A stretch of 64,000 nt of DNA, from IMG/VR virus record IMGVR_UViG_2706794911_000004, positions 1-64,000 of that record; one strand, given 5' to 3'. This stretch comes from a virus (Duplodnaviria; Caudoviricetes). Positions 8,539-18,829 of this stretch are shown piece after piece. The position numbers and the translations under genes were made by a program. The notes under the pieces are model-generated. The model saw only the letters and a program-made list of their open reading frames with translations. It made no database searches and was not told the DNA's origin. The first letter of the stretch is position 1. Each line of letters starts with the position of its first letter.

Positions 8539-9584
8539 TATCCCCTTATTACTTCATTGACGATATCTAGTATCTTAGTGTACAGTTCCCCGCCGCCATT
8601 TTCTATACTGTCCATAATGGCTTCTCTAGCCTTGGTGGTCCCATTCCATTTAAGATCTTTTCCGTCCTCCTGCATAACCTCACCAGTTATAGGATTCATG
8701 AGAGTTAACCAAGATGTACCATGCAAGACATTTATTTCCTTGGCTACAGCAACTAACTCACTGACTCTGTCTACACCTTCGTCATAATAAACATCTACTG
8801 TAGCTGTTCTAAAAGGTGGGGCGATCTTGTTCTTGGTAACCTTAGTTCTAATTTGCTGTCCAAAATATTTAGCACTAAAACCAGTACCCTTCTTAAACAG
8901 ATCACCTATGGACACTTCTACAGTAGTAGTAGAAGCATGTTTGATACTGCGGCCGCCCCCTGTTACTGTGGGGGTCCCATACGCGGAGAATCCACCTATT
9001 TTATCCCTAAGTTGTTGTATTATAATTAGAGTAGTCCCTGACTTAGCAAGCACTCCTGAGTTAATAAGCTTACGCATAGCCTTAGCGTTAAGCTTAGATG
9101 TACCACCCACCCTACTCTCTTTTTCCCAATCAGTTTCTTCAAGTTCATCTTTCGGAACGAGTCCATCAGCCGAGTCAAGTACTATATAAGCAAACCTGCC
9201 TGACTTGAGCATGTATTCAATCATGTCATATACCTTCTCTGCAGGGCAGTCAGGTTGCGACACAAGAAGTTTACTAGTATCTACACCAAGTGTTTCAGCC
9301 CACTTAGGATTGAAAGAGTTCTCCAAATCAATTACAGCATTCTCCTTTTCTGGCTCTGCCTGCTGTGCTTCTGCTATTGCCAAACAAGCTACACTTGACT
9401 TACCACTCTTCTCGGGCCCACTTAACAGGACTAACCTACCTTTAGCCCACCCGCCACCGAGGGCGAGGTCGAGCATCAATGACCCACTTGACCTAACTTC
9501 TATATCAGCTAACCTACCTTCACCTAACCTAAATATAGAAGTCTCTCCAAACTCTTTACGAAAAGCCTGCACTATATCACTCAT
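8538..9584 (-). CDS. recA: RecA recombinase (phage-encoded)
   Basis: SSGSLMLDLALGGG, GPEKSGKS, QLRDKIG, KNKIAPPFR; likely start MSDIVQ at 9584. Confidence 0.95.
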   Translation of the reverse strand: MSDIVQAFRKEFGETSIFRLGEGRLADIEVRSSGSLMLDLALGGGWAKGRLVLLSGPEKSGKSSVACLAIAEAQQAEPEKENAVIDLENSFNPKWAETLGVDTSKLLVSQPDCPAEKVYDMIEYMLKSGRFAYIVLDSADGLVPKDELEETDWEKESRVGGTSKLNAKAMRKLINSGVLAKSGTTLIIIQQLRDKIGGFSAYGTPTVTGGGRSIKHASTTTVEVSIGDLFKKGTGFSAKYFGQQIRTKVTKNKIAPPFRTATVDVYYDEGVDRVSELVAVAKEINVLHGTSWLTLMNPITGEVMQEDGKDLKWNGTTKAREAIMDSIENGGGELYTKILDIVNEVIRG

Positions 9585-10104
9585 TCTCTCCCACCTTTTT
9601 AATAACCTTATCAAATAGTTTATTGGCAATTCTTCTACGTTCCTGACATGCTGACTCCATAGGGTCCCAATTTTTACCCAACCACTCTTTGGGTGATTTA
9701 TTTAATGCGCCCTTATACATATCAAAAGAATTTTTAAGCATTAAATCCTTAATAAATTCAGAACGTTCCTTATTCTCTGTTAGCACTTTACTAAGATTAC
9801 TGTGGTCAAAGTTAAACATACTCTCATATGCTAACATGCCGTAATAGCACTCTTCGCGTGTAGGCATTTTGCCTCCCTTAGCTTCTGAAATAATGTCATA
9901 CAGTGTTCTCACATCATCGCCTCCCCACGTAAAATTACAACCCCCACAAACAAATTTTGTCTTATCGTCGTCCACCGCCCACAGCTCGGTAGTGCTCTTG
10001 GCTATAACCTTTTTAGTGAGTCTCCCGTAGTCCCTTGAGTCTATATACATACACACCTTAACCCATACACGTATATTTTCACTACCACACTTATCACACT
10101 TCAT
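9577..10104 (-). CDS. Hypothetical protein with N-terminal Zn-ribbon (possibly two fused ORFs)
   Basis: CDKC...CGGC; internal RBS GGAGG plus GTG near 9913. Confidence 0.6.
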   Translation of the reverse strand: MKCDKCGSENIRVWVKVCMYIDSRDYGRLTKKVIAKSTTELWAVDDDKTKFVCGGCNFTWGGDDVRTLYDIISEAKGGKMPTREECYYGMLAYESMFNFDHSNLSKVLTENKERSEFIKDLMLKNSFDMYKGALNKSPKEWLGKNWDPMESACQERRRIANKLFDKVIKKVGENE

Positions 10105-10226
10105 TTATGCACCCCCTATCTATAAACTCTTACTGATCTTCATAAAGGAACAGATTCTTACGCTTCTCCCACTTACCCTCTAGGCCATATGGACGAATAT
10201 TAATCTCATACTCTGTAACGTATACT

Positions 10227-10733
10227 CTATTTGGAATTTGCATCTTGCCCACCCCCAAGCTGCAGATTTACCCAAGGTTTGAATACTGTTGCATCTACAT
10301 TTTCAAAGGCAGGCGGGACAGCAGAATCACACTCAACAGGGTACTCTAAGTCACAAGCTTTCAGATACTCTAATATCTTTTTAGGTGAGTTTATCTTTTT
10401 AACATTAGAGTATACCTTCTCAAACTCATTCTGAATCTTTTCCATGTCACCGCGATATAGTTCATCTAATTTATTAGAAACATATTCTTGCTTATACTGC
10501 CCCTCACTATAACGGAAGGGATTATAATAACTTTTACGCACTACTACGTCTCGGTATAATTTTGAGAGTTTCCTTACGTACTCGTCCCACTCAAGACACG
10601 CCTGCTCCACCTCAGTACCTACGATAGATTTAGTAATCTCCGCTTTTTTAACCGCTCTGAAATTTTCAAGTGCTTTGTACCTTTTTGACCTTACCCACTC
10701 TAGAATCATTGTTTTTGTTGGTAATTTACTCAT
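10227..10733 (-). CDS. Hypothetical phage protein
   Basis: ORF coupled to neighbours. Confidence 0.65.
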   Translation of the reverse strand: MSKLPTKTMILEWVRSKRYKALENFRAVKKAEITKSIVGTEVEQACLEWDEYVRKLSKLYRDVVVRKSYYNPFRYSEGQYKQEYVSNKLDELYRGDMEKIQNEFEKVYSNVKKINSPKKILEYLKACDLEYPVECDSAVPPAFENVDATVFKPWVNLQLGGGQDANSK

Positions 10734-10911
10734 CTTCGTCCTCCCCCACATTTGCTAAATAATTTTCATAAGCCTCATCACAAGCACGCCCCTCGCATAG
10801 GTTCCACGGTCCCGTATTTACCCTGGCCCTACCATAGTCTGTACATATGCAGTACTCGCATATTATCTCCTCTTCTGCTAAATCTTTTATTATTTTAGCT
10901 CTATTACTCAC
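10726..10911 (-). CDS. Small Cys-rich hypothetical protein
   Basis: Overlapping start/stop with neighbours. Confidence 0.55.
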   Translation of the reverse strand: MSNRAKIIKDLAEEEIICEYCICTDYGRARVNTGPWNLCEGRACDEAYENYLANVGEDEDE

Positions 10912-11680
10912 CCCCCATACCCCCCTTTAAAAATGTTTGTATTCGCTCATTGGCTAAGCCAGCCCAATACCTCCCTGCATACTCCCCTTTTTTATTGCAT
11001 ACACCGTTGTCGAAAGCTATAAAGTTTCTGTTAAGTTTCACTGCCGCCAGTGGTATACTCCCATAACCTGCTGTAAGGTCTAGTACGATCATGCCCTCGT
11101 TCGTATAAGTCTTTATGAACCACTCACATAATTTTAGCGGTTTCTGTGTTGGATGAACTGGGTAGGTGTCCCATGAAAACTCAAGCACATCCAAAGGACA
11201 TCTTTCAGTACTCCCGCCACCGCTTATTCCTGTTTTGGTAGCACCATAATTACTGCCGTCGGTCTGGTGCTTGGTGTAGTAGTTTACAGGTTTGTGACCA
11301 GCAGTATTTTGGGGATTGTAAATAGGCAAACGGTCGTAGAACACTAGTACATCCTCATGAGCTTTCATAGGCATCTTCTTTGCGTTTAAATGACCTTTAG
11401 GTTGCATCTTCCTGCACACTACCTTATACCTGTACTTGTTAATATTGCTGCACATCAACTTACCTAAGAATTTCCCTTTAGCAAATAAGCAGACAGCAGC
11501 ATTACGCTTTTTAACCCTGTTGCTTGTCTGCCAAAGTAGATCAAATGGTACTATGCTATCCCAATTATTACGTGTTTCACCATAAGGTAAATCGCAGAAC
11601 ACCATGTCCACACTATTGTCCTTAATGCCCTTTGACCCTTCTATACAATCAAGGTTGTGCACTGTATTAATCATGCCCAT
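10904..11680 (-). CDS. N6-adenine/N4-cytosine DNA methyltransferase (beta class, orphan)
   Basis: DLPYG catalytic motif, HPTQKP, VLDLTAGYGS SAM-binding motif. Confidence 0.88.
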   Translation of the reverse strand: MGMINTVHNLDCIEGSKGIKDNSVDMVFCDLPYGETRNNWDSIVPFDLLWQTSNRVKKRNAAVCLFAKGKFLGKLMCSNINKYRYKVVCRKMQPKGHLNAKKMPMKAHEDVLVFYDRLPIYNPQNTAGHKPVNYYTKHQTDGSNYGATKTGISGGGSTERCPLDVLEFSWDTYPVHPTQKPLKLCEWFIKTYTNEGMIVLDLTAGYGSIPLAAVKLNRNFIAFDNGVCNKKGEYAGRYWAGLANERIQTFLKGGMGGE

Positions 11681-12233
11681 ACCTCCCTATGGTCTTTCCA
11701 TTGTCACCTCTCCTGATATCAATTACGTCATTCCCCCGACGTGTTAGCTCTCTGGACAATGCAAACACTCTTTGTTCGTAGCCCTCCCTCAAAGCTTTGG
11801 TGGCAAGCATTAAGGTTAGCGACTCTGTGTATTTCTTCTCCCACTCCCTGTATATTGGTTCTGTACAAACTTCTGCTGACCGAATCTCCCGCCCACCATC
11901 CTGCAAGGTGTACAACTGCTGTTTCACAGTGTCCCTTATCTCACGGGCAGAGGCTTGGTCTATGTCAGTAATAGCCTCACACCACCTAGCATAAGCAAGG
12001 ACGCTAGTCCACCTATCTAAGAAGTCACCTAGAATGTGGAAAGGTATATTAGCCATACCGCCATGCTGTTTTTTAACTTTTTCCCACTCAGTGAATATAT
12101 TCACACCTTCAGCAAGCTCTACTGGCTTGGGTGGGATAGGCAGACCTGCTTTTTGTACTTTACTAATGATTACCCTACTATTCGTATACTCGTTGAGCTC
12201 ACCTTCTATCTGTCTCCTATCCAATTCCCTCAC
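11667..12233 (-). CDS. Helical hypothetical protein (possible UvsY-like recombination mediator)
   Basis: Coiled coil ending ALSRELTRR within the recombination cluster; function inferred from context only. Confidence 0.5.
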   Translation of the reverse strand: MRELDRRQIEGELNEYTNSRVIISKVQKAGLPIPPKPVELAEGVNIFTEWEKVKKQHGGMANIPFHILGDFLDRWTSVLAYARWCEAITDIDQASAREIRDTVKQQLYTLQDGGREIRSAEVCTEPIYREWEKKYTESLTLMLATKALREGYEQRVFALSRELTRRGNDVIDIRRGDNGKTIGRYGHD

Positions 12234-12475
12234 TCCTTTGGCATTGTGAATACTGGTACAAACATTTTGTCGTCTTTACATGCATGACAGTCTACAATAA
12301 ACTGCTGTAACTCATTTAAGACTTCCGCCGCTCTTTCGTGACTGCCATAATCTGGTGAGTGGTACGCATAGACATCATCACGTGCAGAAAACAGTAATAT
12401 ACGGAAGTCACTTATCATAGGGAGAAATCCCCCACATCCGATAGGTATTAAAATATCGTCAAACCTTACCCACAT
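12230..12475 (-). CDS. Hypothetical protein
   Basis: Coupled ORF. Confidence 0.5.
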   Translation of the reverse strand: MWVRFDDILIPIGCGGFLPMISDFRILLFSARDDVYAYHSPDYGSHERAAEVLNELQQFIVDCHACKDDKMFVPVFTMPKE

Positions 12476-13008
12476 ACACTCGCCCCCTTTAAATCCTTAA
12501 TAATGTCTTGCTGAAATTTTGTCAGCCTAGCGTTGGTCTTTAACGCTCTTACTATCTGTGCTAACACGTAAGCGTCTGCTAGGTTATCATCCGTAAACTC
12601 TTCCCCCCACCGCTTATACACTTCCAACATCACAACATTCTTTGGTGAGTTACCCTTACCTGTGGCAAATTTCTTCACTTGGGAGGGGGTGGGTTCAATA
12701 AAAGTTATGTCTGTGTCAAGTAACTCCTCGCGTATCCTGTAGCCCATATAAGCTATGTCGAATACTGCCCTACCCCTACTACCGTAAGAGAAGCCCTCTA
12801 CAGCTACATAGATCTTATATTCGTTTCCCTTAAGCTCAGACATAATACAGTCTTTTATATCCTTTACCCTTGCCATTGTATCTTGCGTATGGTTCTCTTG
12901 TTTAGACTGCTTAGTAACAATACACCTGCTCAAAACAATCTCTCCATCTTCATTTAATATAATAAGTCCTGTACCTGTTAGTGATGGATCTATTCCTATA
13001 AAATACAA
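12466..13008 (-). CDS. RuvC-like Holliday junction resolvase
   Basis: IGIDPSLTGTG, VAVEG, PSQVKKFATGKGN, DNLADA. Confidence 0.85.
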   Translation of the reverse strand: MYFIGIDPSLTGTGLIILNEDGEIVLSRCIVTKQSKQENHTQDTMARVKDIKDCIMSELKGNEYKIYVAVEGFSYGSRGRAVFDIAYMGYRIREELLDTDITFIEPTPSQVKKFATGKGNSPKNVVMLEVYKRWGEEFTDDNLADAYVLAQIVRALKTNARLTKFQQDIIKDLKGASVCG

Positions 13009-13046
13009 TTTATCACCTGCTTTCTTTGATTAATTGGTTACATATA

Positions 13047-13075
13047 TACTTACCGGGGAAATCTCTAAAAGTTAA
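13047..13075 (-). promoter_or_regulatory. Phage ECF-type promoter copy 3
   Basis: TTAACTTTT-N10-CCGGTAAGTA. Confidence 0.8.
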
Positions 13076-13096
13076 GCAAAAAGAAAAAGAAACCTT

Positions 13097-13921
13097 TTAC
13101 GGTTTCAATTCCACACTCTTATCTACATCACACAAATGTTTATACTGACAAAACCTACACGATTGGTTAACCTCTTTGTCTGGTAACTCTTTGGAATCTA
13201 TAGCTTTCTCTATGCCTACTATATGTTTACGCACCCACTCTATTTGCTCATCAGTATATGTCACAAGATATGCCTTCAAATTCTGTGTATCTTTACACAA
13301 ATATAAAAACATTACGCGTTTAACACCTAAGCTTAGACAGTATAAGGCTCCTTGTTTGACATGGTCTTTCAATGGCTCTATTAGAAGACTAAAGTCTTTT
13401 GAGTTTATAGTTTTAAATTCAAATAGGAAGGAAATATTATCAAACTCCATCCACCCGTCCACCATACCTGATATAGGGAACTTCTCTGTGTAACTATGGT
13501 CCAAGAACTTGATTTCCATGTCTGGTGCATCACTCTGTTTGAGGAACTCAAGACCTTCTTTACCAAAATTAGGTAGCTCTTCCTTAGGCAAGAGTTCTAC
13601 CTCTAGCTCGCCCCCCATAAGTTCCTTCATAGACATAAATACATCTTCTTGTACCCACTCGTGTAATGCAGTACCTACCTGCAGTATTCTTTCTGATCTT
13701 GGATACTTTTTCTTGATACCTTTCTCCCCGCCCAGAAAGTAATAAGTCTGCCTCTTACACTTATAATACTGAGAAGGTTTAAATGCCAACCGATCTACCC
13801 TTGGTTTCTTGGGCGACGTTAGCAGAAATCCATCAATAGCTTTTATAAACTTTTCTTCTATAGTGACAGAAGCTTCCTTCTCTTTTTGTTTTATTTGTTT
13901 TGCTAAGTTTCTTAATCCCAA
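13097..13921 (-). CDS. Cas4/AddB-like PD-(D/E)XK exonuclease with Fe-S cysteines
   Basis: PSQYYKCKR, GTALH, GMVDG...FEFKT, QGALY, CRFCQYKHLC. Confidence 0.85.
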   Translation of the reverse strand: MGLRNLAKQIKQKEKEASVTIEEKFIKAIDGFLLTSPKKPRVDRLAFKPSQYYKCKRQTYYFLGGEKGIKKKYPRSERILQVGTALHEWVQEDVFMSMKELMGGELEVELLPKEELPNFGKEGLEFLKQSDAPDMEIKFLDHSYTEKFPISGMVDGWMEFDNISFLFEFKTINSKDFSLLIEPLKDHVKQGALYCLSLGVKRVMFLYLCKDTQNLKAYLVTYTDEQIEWVRKHIVGIEKAIDSKELPDKEVNQSCRFCQYKHLCDVDKSVELKP

Positions 13922-13951
13922 TTTACCATCTCCATTCTATTAGATAAGTCT

Positions 13952-14188
13952 TTAACCCCAATGTCCGTGCTTTTTCATTATATCTATTACTTCATCTGCA
14001 TATGGCTCATCAGTATTGATAATAAGATAGGTATTATCTTTTTTGCCTTGTACCGCCTTACCTTCATTAATTTGACGTTGTATATGCACCAAGTCTATCT
14101 TGTCGTGAAGAGGCAGGTACTTGTCTGCATCCTCACACTTAAATATAATAAATTTGTTAAAGCTCCCACCTTCTAAGTTAGCCACCAT
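13952..14188 (-). CDS. Hypothetical phage protein
   Basis: RBS GGAGG before ATG 14188; YLIINTDEPYA motif. Confidence 0.65.
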   Translation of the reverse strand: MVANLEGGSFNKFIIFKCEDADKYLPLHDKIDLVHIQRQINEGKAVQGKKDNTYLIINTDEPYADEVIDIMKKHGHWG

Positions 14189-14217
14189 ATCTCCTCCACT
14201 CTTTTCCAAAATATTGG

Positions 14218-14436
14218 CTAAAACCAGTCACACTCGTCGAACCATGAATCTGCATCACACTCAGCAAGCTCTGCGTACTCTATAGCCTCATCTAGATACT
14301 CAGAAATAAACTTCTGTGCTTCGTGTTTATACCTTCCGTGAAACTCTACGTCCAACACTTCCTCTATGAACAAAATAGCTGCCTCTTGCTTAGGTGTAAT
14401 AGGTTCTCTAATGGCATTTGCCAACCCTTTTAACAT
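14218..14436 (-). CDS. Hypothetical phage protein
   Basis: Coupled ORF. Confidence 0.6.
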   Translation of the reverse strand: MLKGLANAIREPITPKQEAAILFIEEVLDVEFHGRYKHEAQKFISEYLDEAIEYAELAECDADSWFDECDWF

Positions 14437-14708
14437 AACGCAGCCTCATCTTTTTTCCATTCTGCGAACTCCCTTTGGCTCATGCAGGCTATAAATGGCA
14501 CGTTGTCTACAGTGGTTCTCAGCCTGTATGGGTATGATTGATCATTCATATACTCTATATCAACAATTAAGGAAGCTTCATCTGCTAACTGTATTAGCCT
14601 TTTTGCACTCACATGTATGGCAGCTCCTTCCGATACAGAATAAGAACCTATCTCTGTGCCTAACTTTAAAAATAACTTCACTTTATCAACGTACTCCTTA
14701 ACATTCAC
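14430..14708 (-). CDS. Hypothetical protein
   Basis: Coupled ORF downstream of the polymerase. Confidence 0.6.
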   Translation of the reverse strand: MNVKEYVDKVKLFLKLGTEIGSYSVSEGAAIHVSAKRLIQLADEASLIVDIEYMNDQSYPYRLRTTVDNVPFIACMSQREFAEWKKDEAALC

Positions 14709-17112
14709 TAAAATCGCCCTCCCTTAACGAATCTACTTCATCATCACTCATCTTCTGCGACCACCGCCGCCCCACTTCTATATCCGACTTCATACCACAG
14801 TCTAACTGGATAGTGTTACACAGAACATCAGCTATCCTTCTAAGGTTATCCATTCCGATGTTTTCTGGAACATCTAATATCTGCTCATCGTGGACCCATA
14901 AAATGATCTTACAGTCTAGCTCCTTCAATAAAGGTTGCATATCTATAGATGCCTTCTTTATTTGGTAAGCACTCGGGGTTTGTATGAGGCTATTAATACC
15001 TTGTCTATATGCTGAGTCTAGTGCCCAATGAGAACCTAGCTCCCCCCGCTGTAACTTCTTATCCCAGTGACGATAACTTTTATCCCTCTCCCATAAGCCT
15101 ATCTCTGGATACAACCTTCGCTTTTTACCGCCGTAAGACTCTGCAAACTTGGTTTTTAGAATCTTTTTCCTCTCTACTGTCATCCACCTAGCTACTCCCT
15201 TATAGGTGTCGTAAAATGCGTTAATATAACCTTCGGCGGCCTCCGCAGTAACAAGTAAATTATCAGCAAGGCCCATCTGTGTCGTGCCATAAACTACTGA
15301 AAAATTTGTAGCTTTCGCTTTAGCACTTCTTATGAAATCGAGGTACTTGCCGAAGTCTACAGCCTCTACAAATGCTTCTTCGGTTGGTTCGACTATCAGT
15401 TTCTCATCATATAAGGTAGCAATGTCAGCATTTGTAATTTTTGAGCTGTCTACGCCGCCGTCCGCATCTGTAAACTTGTCTATAAGACCTCTATAAGCTT
15501 GAAAATCTTCATAGGTTACCTGTTTCTCTGGATGTAGTCTGTTATATATAGATGTAGCAGTAATGGAGTGAATATCCTTACCAGTTGCGAACGCATCTAA
15601 AAGTACGGGATCTTTAGACAGGTGTGCCAGCCATCGTAACTCCTGCTGACTAGCATCTATACTAGCCAGTAATCTGCCTTCATCTGCTATAAACGCTCTC
15701 CTAATCATCCCGCCATCCTTGCTTGGCAAATTTTGAAAATTCGGATTGGCACACGACATCCTCCAAGTAACAGCATGACTGGGTTTGAAATTCGGATGAA
15801 TCCTATCATCATCTAGCTTAGTAGGCAACGAGTCTGCAAAGGCACTAGTAAGCTTTGATTGTTTCCTATATGTTGTTATGTTCTGCAACAGATCTAAACA
15901 CATCTTAAAGTATTCTCTTGCCTTGTCGTACATATCTGGTTTTAAGAAGTAAGGTAAGTTATCTTTAAACAGTTTTGCGTAGTATATCTCGTCGCTCTGC
16001 TCCCCCGCCTCTATACGCTTTAATGTACCTTCTAAATCTGCTGTAAAGATACGAAGTCCTGTCATCAATTTAGCCATAGTCTTCTTATCTGTAGAGTTAG
16101 GCTTCTTTTTGTTCATCTTGGGTAACTGCAACTTATCGTAGAATACTGGTGCCAACTGTGCTGGGGAGTTTAAGTTAATGTCCCCGATGACAGCTTTTAT
16201 CTTAGCCTCTAACTCATCTAGACCCGCGTGGAGCTTTGGTGAAACCTCGCCTACGAGGTACTCGACGTCTGTACGAACACCGTCATATGTTGCCTCTTTT
16301 ACTATGTCAAGAAATGGCATAGATATATTAAACATCAAGGACTTGATCTTACTTAGATGCGGCATATTTAGGTGCTTTTCTTGGAACTCCGCCAACTTAT
16401 ACGTCAGTTCAGTATCTTTAGTAGCATAGTAGGCGGACAAGTTACCTGTCCTAGTCGCAGGGTTCAATAAAATCGGAACAGTGTCAAAAGTAGTCCTACT
16501 ACCAAAAATTTTGGAATATGTGTCAGCAGGTACCCTAAGATACTTCTCTGCCAAAGGTTTTAGTTGTTTATCCTCATTCTCATCTAGTAGAGACTGTCCT
16601 TCTATAGTGTCGAAGTAGGCTGGTGGCATTACAATACCTAACCATTTTTTCAGTGCACACCAGTCAAAACAGTAATTATGCCATATAGTCTTTAAGCTAT
16701 ATCTCTCTAGTAATGGCTTTAACCTACTTGCTACTAGTGTTTTATCTAGACACTTCACATAGTCTACCCCTACTTCCCCCGCCCCTTCTTCTACATGGTC
16801 CTTGTGCTTCAACGGAATGTAGTACCCTCTGTGGGGGGCATAGAAAGAGATTCCTACTATTTCATCTTTCCACCAATCTAACCCCATAGTCTCCGTATCT
16901 ATGGCTACTTTACCTAGCTTACTCAGCTTGCTTAGCCATTCGCATAACTCGTCCAAGTCGCTTTCTGTCCATACAGTAATATAATGGTCGGGCAGTACGG
17001 TGTTATTAGCCAGCTCCATAATTTGAAGCTCTTTTTTAGTGGGTCCTTTCTTGACTGGTTTTTTCCTGGCTTTCTTTGGCTTACTTTCTAAAATGTCTTT
17101 AACATCATCCAT
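14698..17112 (-). CDS. Family A DNA polymerase with 3'-5' exonuclease domain
   Basis: AIDTETMG (ExoI), NPNFQNLP, IDASQQELR (motif A), AKATNFSVVYG (B), VHDE (C). Confidence 0.95.
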   Translation of the reverse strand: MDDVKDILESKPKKARKKPVKKGPTKKELQIMELANNTVLPDHYITVWTESDLDELCEWLSKLSKLGKVAIDTETMGLDWWKDEIVGISFYAPHRGYYIPLKHKDHVEEGAGEVGVDYVKCLDKTLVASRLKPLLERYSLKTIWHNYCFDWCALKKWLGIVMPPAYFDTIEGQSLLDENEDKQLKPLAEKYLRVPADTYSKIFGSRTTFDTVPILLNPATRTGNLSAYYATKDTELTYKLAEFQEKHLNMPHLSKIKSLMFNISMPFLDIVKEATYDGVRTDVEYLVGEVSPKLHAGLDELEAKIKAVIGDINLNSPAQLAPVFYDKLQLPKMNKKKPNSTDKKTMAKLMTGLRIFTADLEGTLKRIEAGEQSDEIYYAKLFKDNLPYFLKPDMYDKAREYFKMCLDLLQNITTYRKQSKLTSAFADSLPTKLDDDRIHPNFKPSHAVTWRMSCANPNFQNLPSKDGGMIRRAFIADEGRLLASIDASQQELRWLAHLSKDPVLLDAFATGKDIHSITATSIYNRLHPEKQVTYEDFQAYRGLIDKFTDADGGVDSSKITNADIATLYDEKLIVEPTEEAFVEAVDFGKYLDFIRSAKAKATNFSVVYGTTQMGLADNLLVTAEAAEGYINAFYDTYKGVARWMTVERKKILKTKFAESYGGKKRRLYPEIGLWERDKSYRHWDKKLQRGELGSHWALDSAYRQGINSLIQTPSAYQIKKASIDMQPLLKELDCKIILWVHDEQILDVPENIGMDNLRRIADVLCNTIQLDCGMKSDIEVGRRWSQKMSDDEVDSLREGDFSEC

Positions 17113-17131
17113 TAAATCCCTCCTCTATAAT

Positions 17132-17160
17132 TACTTACCAGACAGAACATAAAAAGTTAA
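17132..17160 (-). promoter_or_regulatory. Phage ECF-type promoter copy 4
   Basis: TTAACTTTT-N10-CTGGTAAGTA. Confidence 0.8.
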
Positions 17161-17166
17161 GCAAAG

Positions 17167-17190
17167 AAAAAACCCCAAAATTTTTGGGGC
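17167..17190 (-). terminator. Putative intrinsic terminator after the SSB gene
   Basis: CCCCAAAA/TTTTGGGG hairpin followed by a T-tract on the minus strand. Confidence 0.55.
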
Positions 17191-17208
17191 CCTACTTTGT
17201 CATGCTTT

Positions 17209-17778
17209 CTAGAACATATAATCATCACTTTCAGCAACGTCACTCTCGACATCTATGTCTCTTGCACCTGAGTTAAGCAACGTCATTAGCTCTTCGGGTG
17301 TTTTTGGTGCTACTATTTCGTCTACATCAGGTAGCTCTAGTGTAGACGAGTCAAAAGCTTTGATGTCCCTCGCAAAGAAGTGGTACTTGGTATTCAGCTT
17401 CTCTCCCTCTCTTTTGATTTTCAAATCTCTCTTAGTGATATCACCGTACTCTTCCACAAGAGCAAGAAGAGCTGTACCTACAGTTTTACTTGCCTTGAAT
17501 ATTTTAGTTTTGTCGTCTTTTCTGTCATAGACTACGATGAAAGACTTAAAGCTTGCATTCTTACCCATCTTACAAGCAGGACATCTATCCTTACCCAAAC
17601 AAGTAAAGTTCTTCCATCTGCCATCAATCTGCTCTGCGTGCTCGTATACCGACATGATTTCATCCAATGGAGTTATAATCCTTATCTCTGTAGACTCTCC
17701 ATCTTTCAGTTTTAGGTAGGCTACCCCACCCTCATTTGCTTCCTTGATAGCACTTAATCCTTTTCCTACATACGCCAT
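17209..17778 (-). CDS. gp32-like single-stranded DNA-binding protein
   Basis: LKLKDGES, H...CLGKDRCPAC, KIKREG..LNTKY, acidic tail ending DDYMF. Confidence 0.75.
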   Translation of the reverse strand: MAYVGKGLSAIKEANEGGVAYLKLKDGESTEIRIITPLDEIMSVYEHAEQIDGRWKNFTCLGKDRCPACKMGKNASFKSFIVVYDRKDDKTKIFKASKTVGTALLALVEEYGDITKRDLKIKREGEKLNTKYHFFARDIKAFDSSTLELPDVDEIVAPKTPEELMTLLNSGARDIDVESDVAESDDYMF

Positions 17779-17818
17779 TTTTACATTTCCCCTTTTCTCA
17801 TTTATTCTGCTACATAGT

Positions 17819-17847
17819 TATATACCGGAATAAGTGGGAAAAGTTAA
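17819..17847 (-). promoter_or_regulatory. Phage ECF-type promoter copy 5
   Basis: TTAACTTTT-N10-CCGGTATATA. Confidence 0.8.
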
Positions 17848-17906
17848 GTAAATAAATTGTTTATGATAACCTTAAACTACCCTAATTAATATAAACAATG
17901 GAAATA

Positions 17907-17935
17907 TTGACCATTAAACCATATATTGGTATACT
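17907..17935 (+). promoter_or_regulatory. SigA promoter (extended -10) of the RDD moron
   Basis: TTGACC-17-TATACT with TGn. Confidence 0.6.
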
Positions 17936-18154
17936 TTAACTAGATATAGGTAAAGTATTCCTAAATTGTATAATTTTTTTATTCCTTAAATGAGAAGAAT
18001 ATGTTTCTCAATGTGCCACAAAGAAACATTGCTGAATGCCCATGTAATTTGGACTTTCTTTTTTGGTCTGGGGGGAATCTTATAGGCAGTACAGCACATA
18101 AATATAAACCATAAAAAACTCCAGCCATTGGGGTATAAAAAGGAGGGAAACACT

Positions 18155-18781
18155 ATGTTTTGCAGAAATTGTGGAAAAAAGGTAAATGAAAATTCAAATC
18201 TGTGTAGTAGATGTGGGTTTGACCCACTGGAAGAAAGTCATTATTGTCAGGAATGTGGAGATGCTACAAAGGAAAATCAAAAGGTCTGCGTAACCTGCGG
18301 TTTTGAACTGCATAATAAATTACCTGTAGAGTATGCTGGATTTTTTCGACGTTTGGCTGCAATGCTACTTGATGTTATCTTTTCAGTAATGATTTACTGG
18401 ATATATAGCATCATATTGCCTATTGTTTTCATGATTATTGGAATATATACGGCGGAATTTAGCGATATATATAGGTTTACGTTTTTTGTTCCAAGTATCC
18501 CATTTCTCTGGTTATACTTTGCCTTAACAGAATCCTCCCAAAAACAAGCTACCCTTGGTAAAAGGGCTTTAGGAATAATTGTAGTAGATACAAATATGAA
18601 TCGTATTTCCTTTGGAGCAGCCAGCAGTCGCTTTTTTGGAAAGTTTTTATCGAATCTTATCTTTGGAATAGGCTATATCATGGCAGCCTTTACAGAACAT
18701 AATCAAACACTGCATGACAAATTGGCAAAGTGCTATGTTGTAAAAAAAGGTTCAGATATGAGGAAAAAGGTTACCGGATAG
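18155..18781 (+). CDS. RDD family membrane protein with N-terminal double zinc ribbon (moron)
   Basis: Four CxxC pairs; YAGFFRRLAAMLLD, QATLGKRALGI, QTLHDKLA; RBS AAGGAGG. Confidence 0.88.
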   Translation: MFCRNCGKKVNENSNLCSRCGFDPLEESHYCQECGDATKENQKVCVTCGFELHNKLPVEYAGFFRRLAAMLLDVIFSVMIYWIYSIILPIVFMIIGIYTAEFSDIYRFTFFVPSIPFLWLYFALTESSQKQATLGKRALGIIVVDTNMNRISFGAASSRFFGKFLSNLIFGIGYIMAAFTEHNQTLHDKLAKCYVVKKGSDMRKKVTG

Positions 18782-18829
18782 TAATTACGGGAATTACTAT
18801 ATTTAATACAATAAAAAAGCATAGAAATT

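Noticed and set aside
13097-13921. Cas4-like gene as sign of a CRISPR-Cas system
   Set aside because: No repeat-spacer array or other cas genes; solo Cas4-like nucleases are common in phage recombination modules
5409-17112. Introns or inteins in RNR, RecA or the DNA polymerase
   Set aside because: ORFs are continuous and of normal length, with no intein splice motifs or homing endonuclease seen
18028-18130. Possible c-di-AMP (ydaO) riboswitch in the RDD leader (GCTGAAT...GGGGGGAATC...TAGG)
   Set aside because: Lacks the conserved 3' CCCGUCAGCUAACC segment and convincing helices; needs an Infernal search
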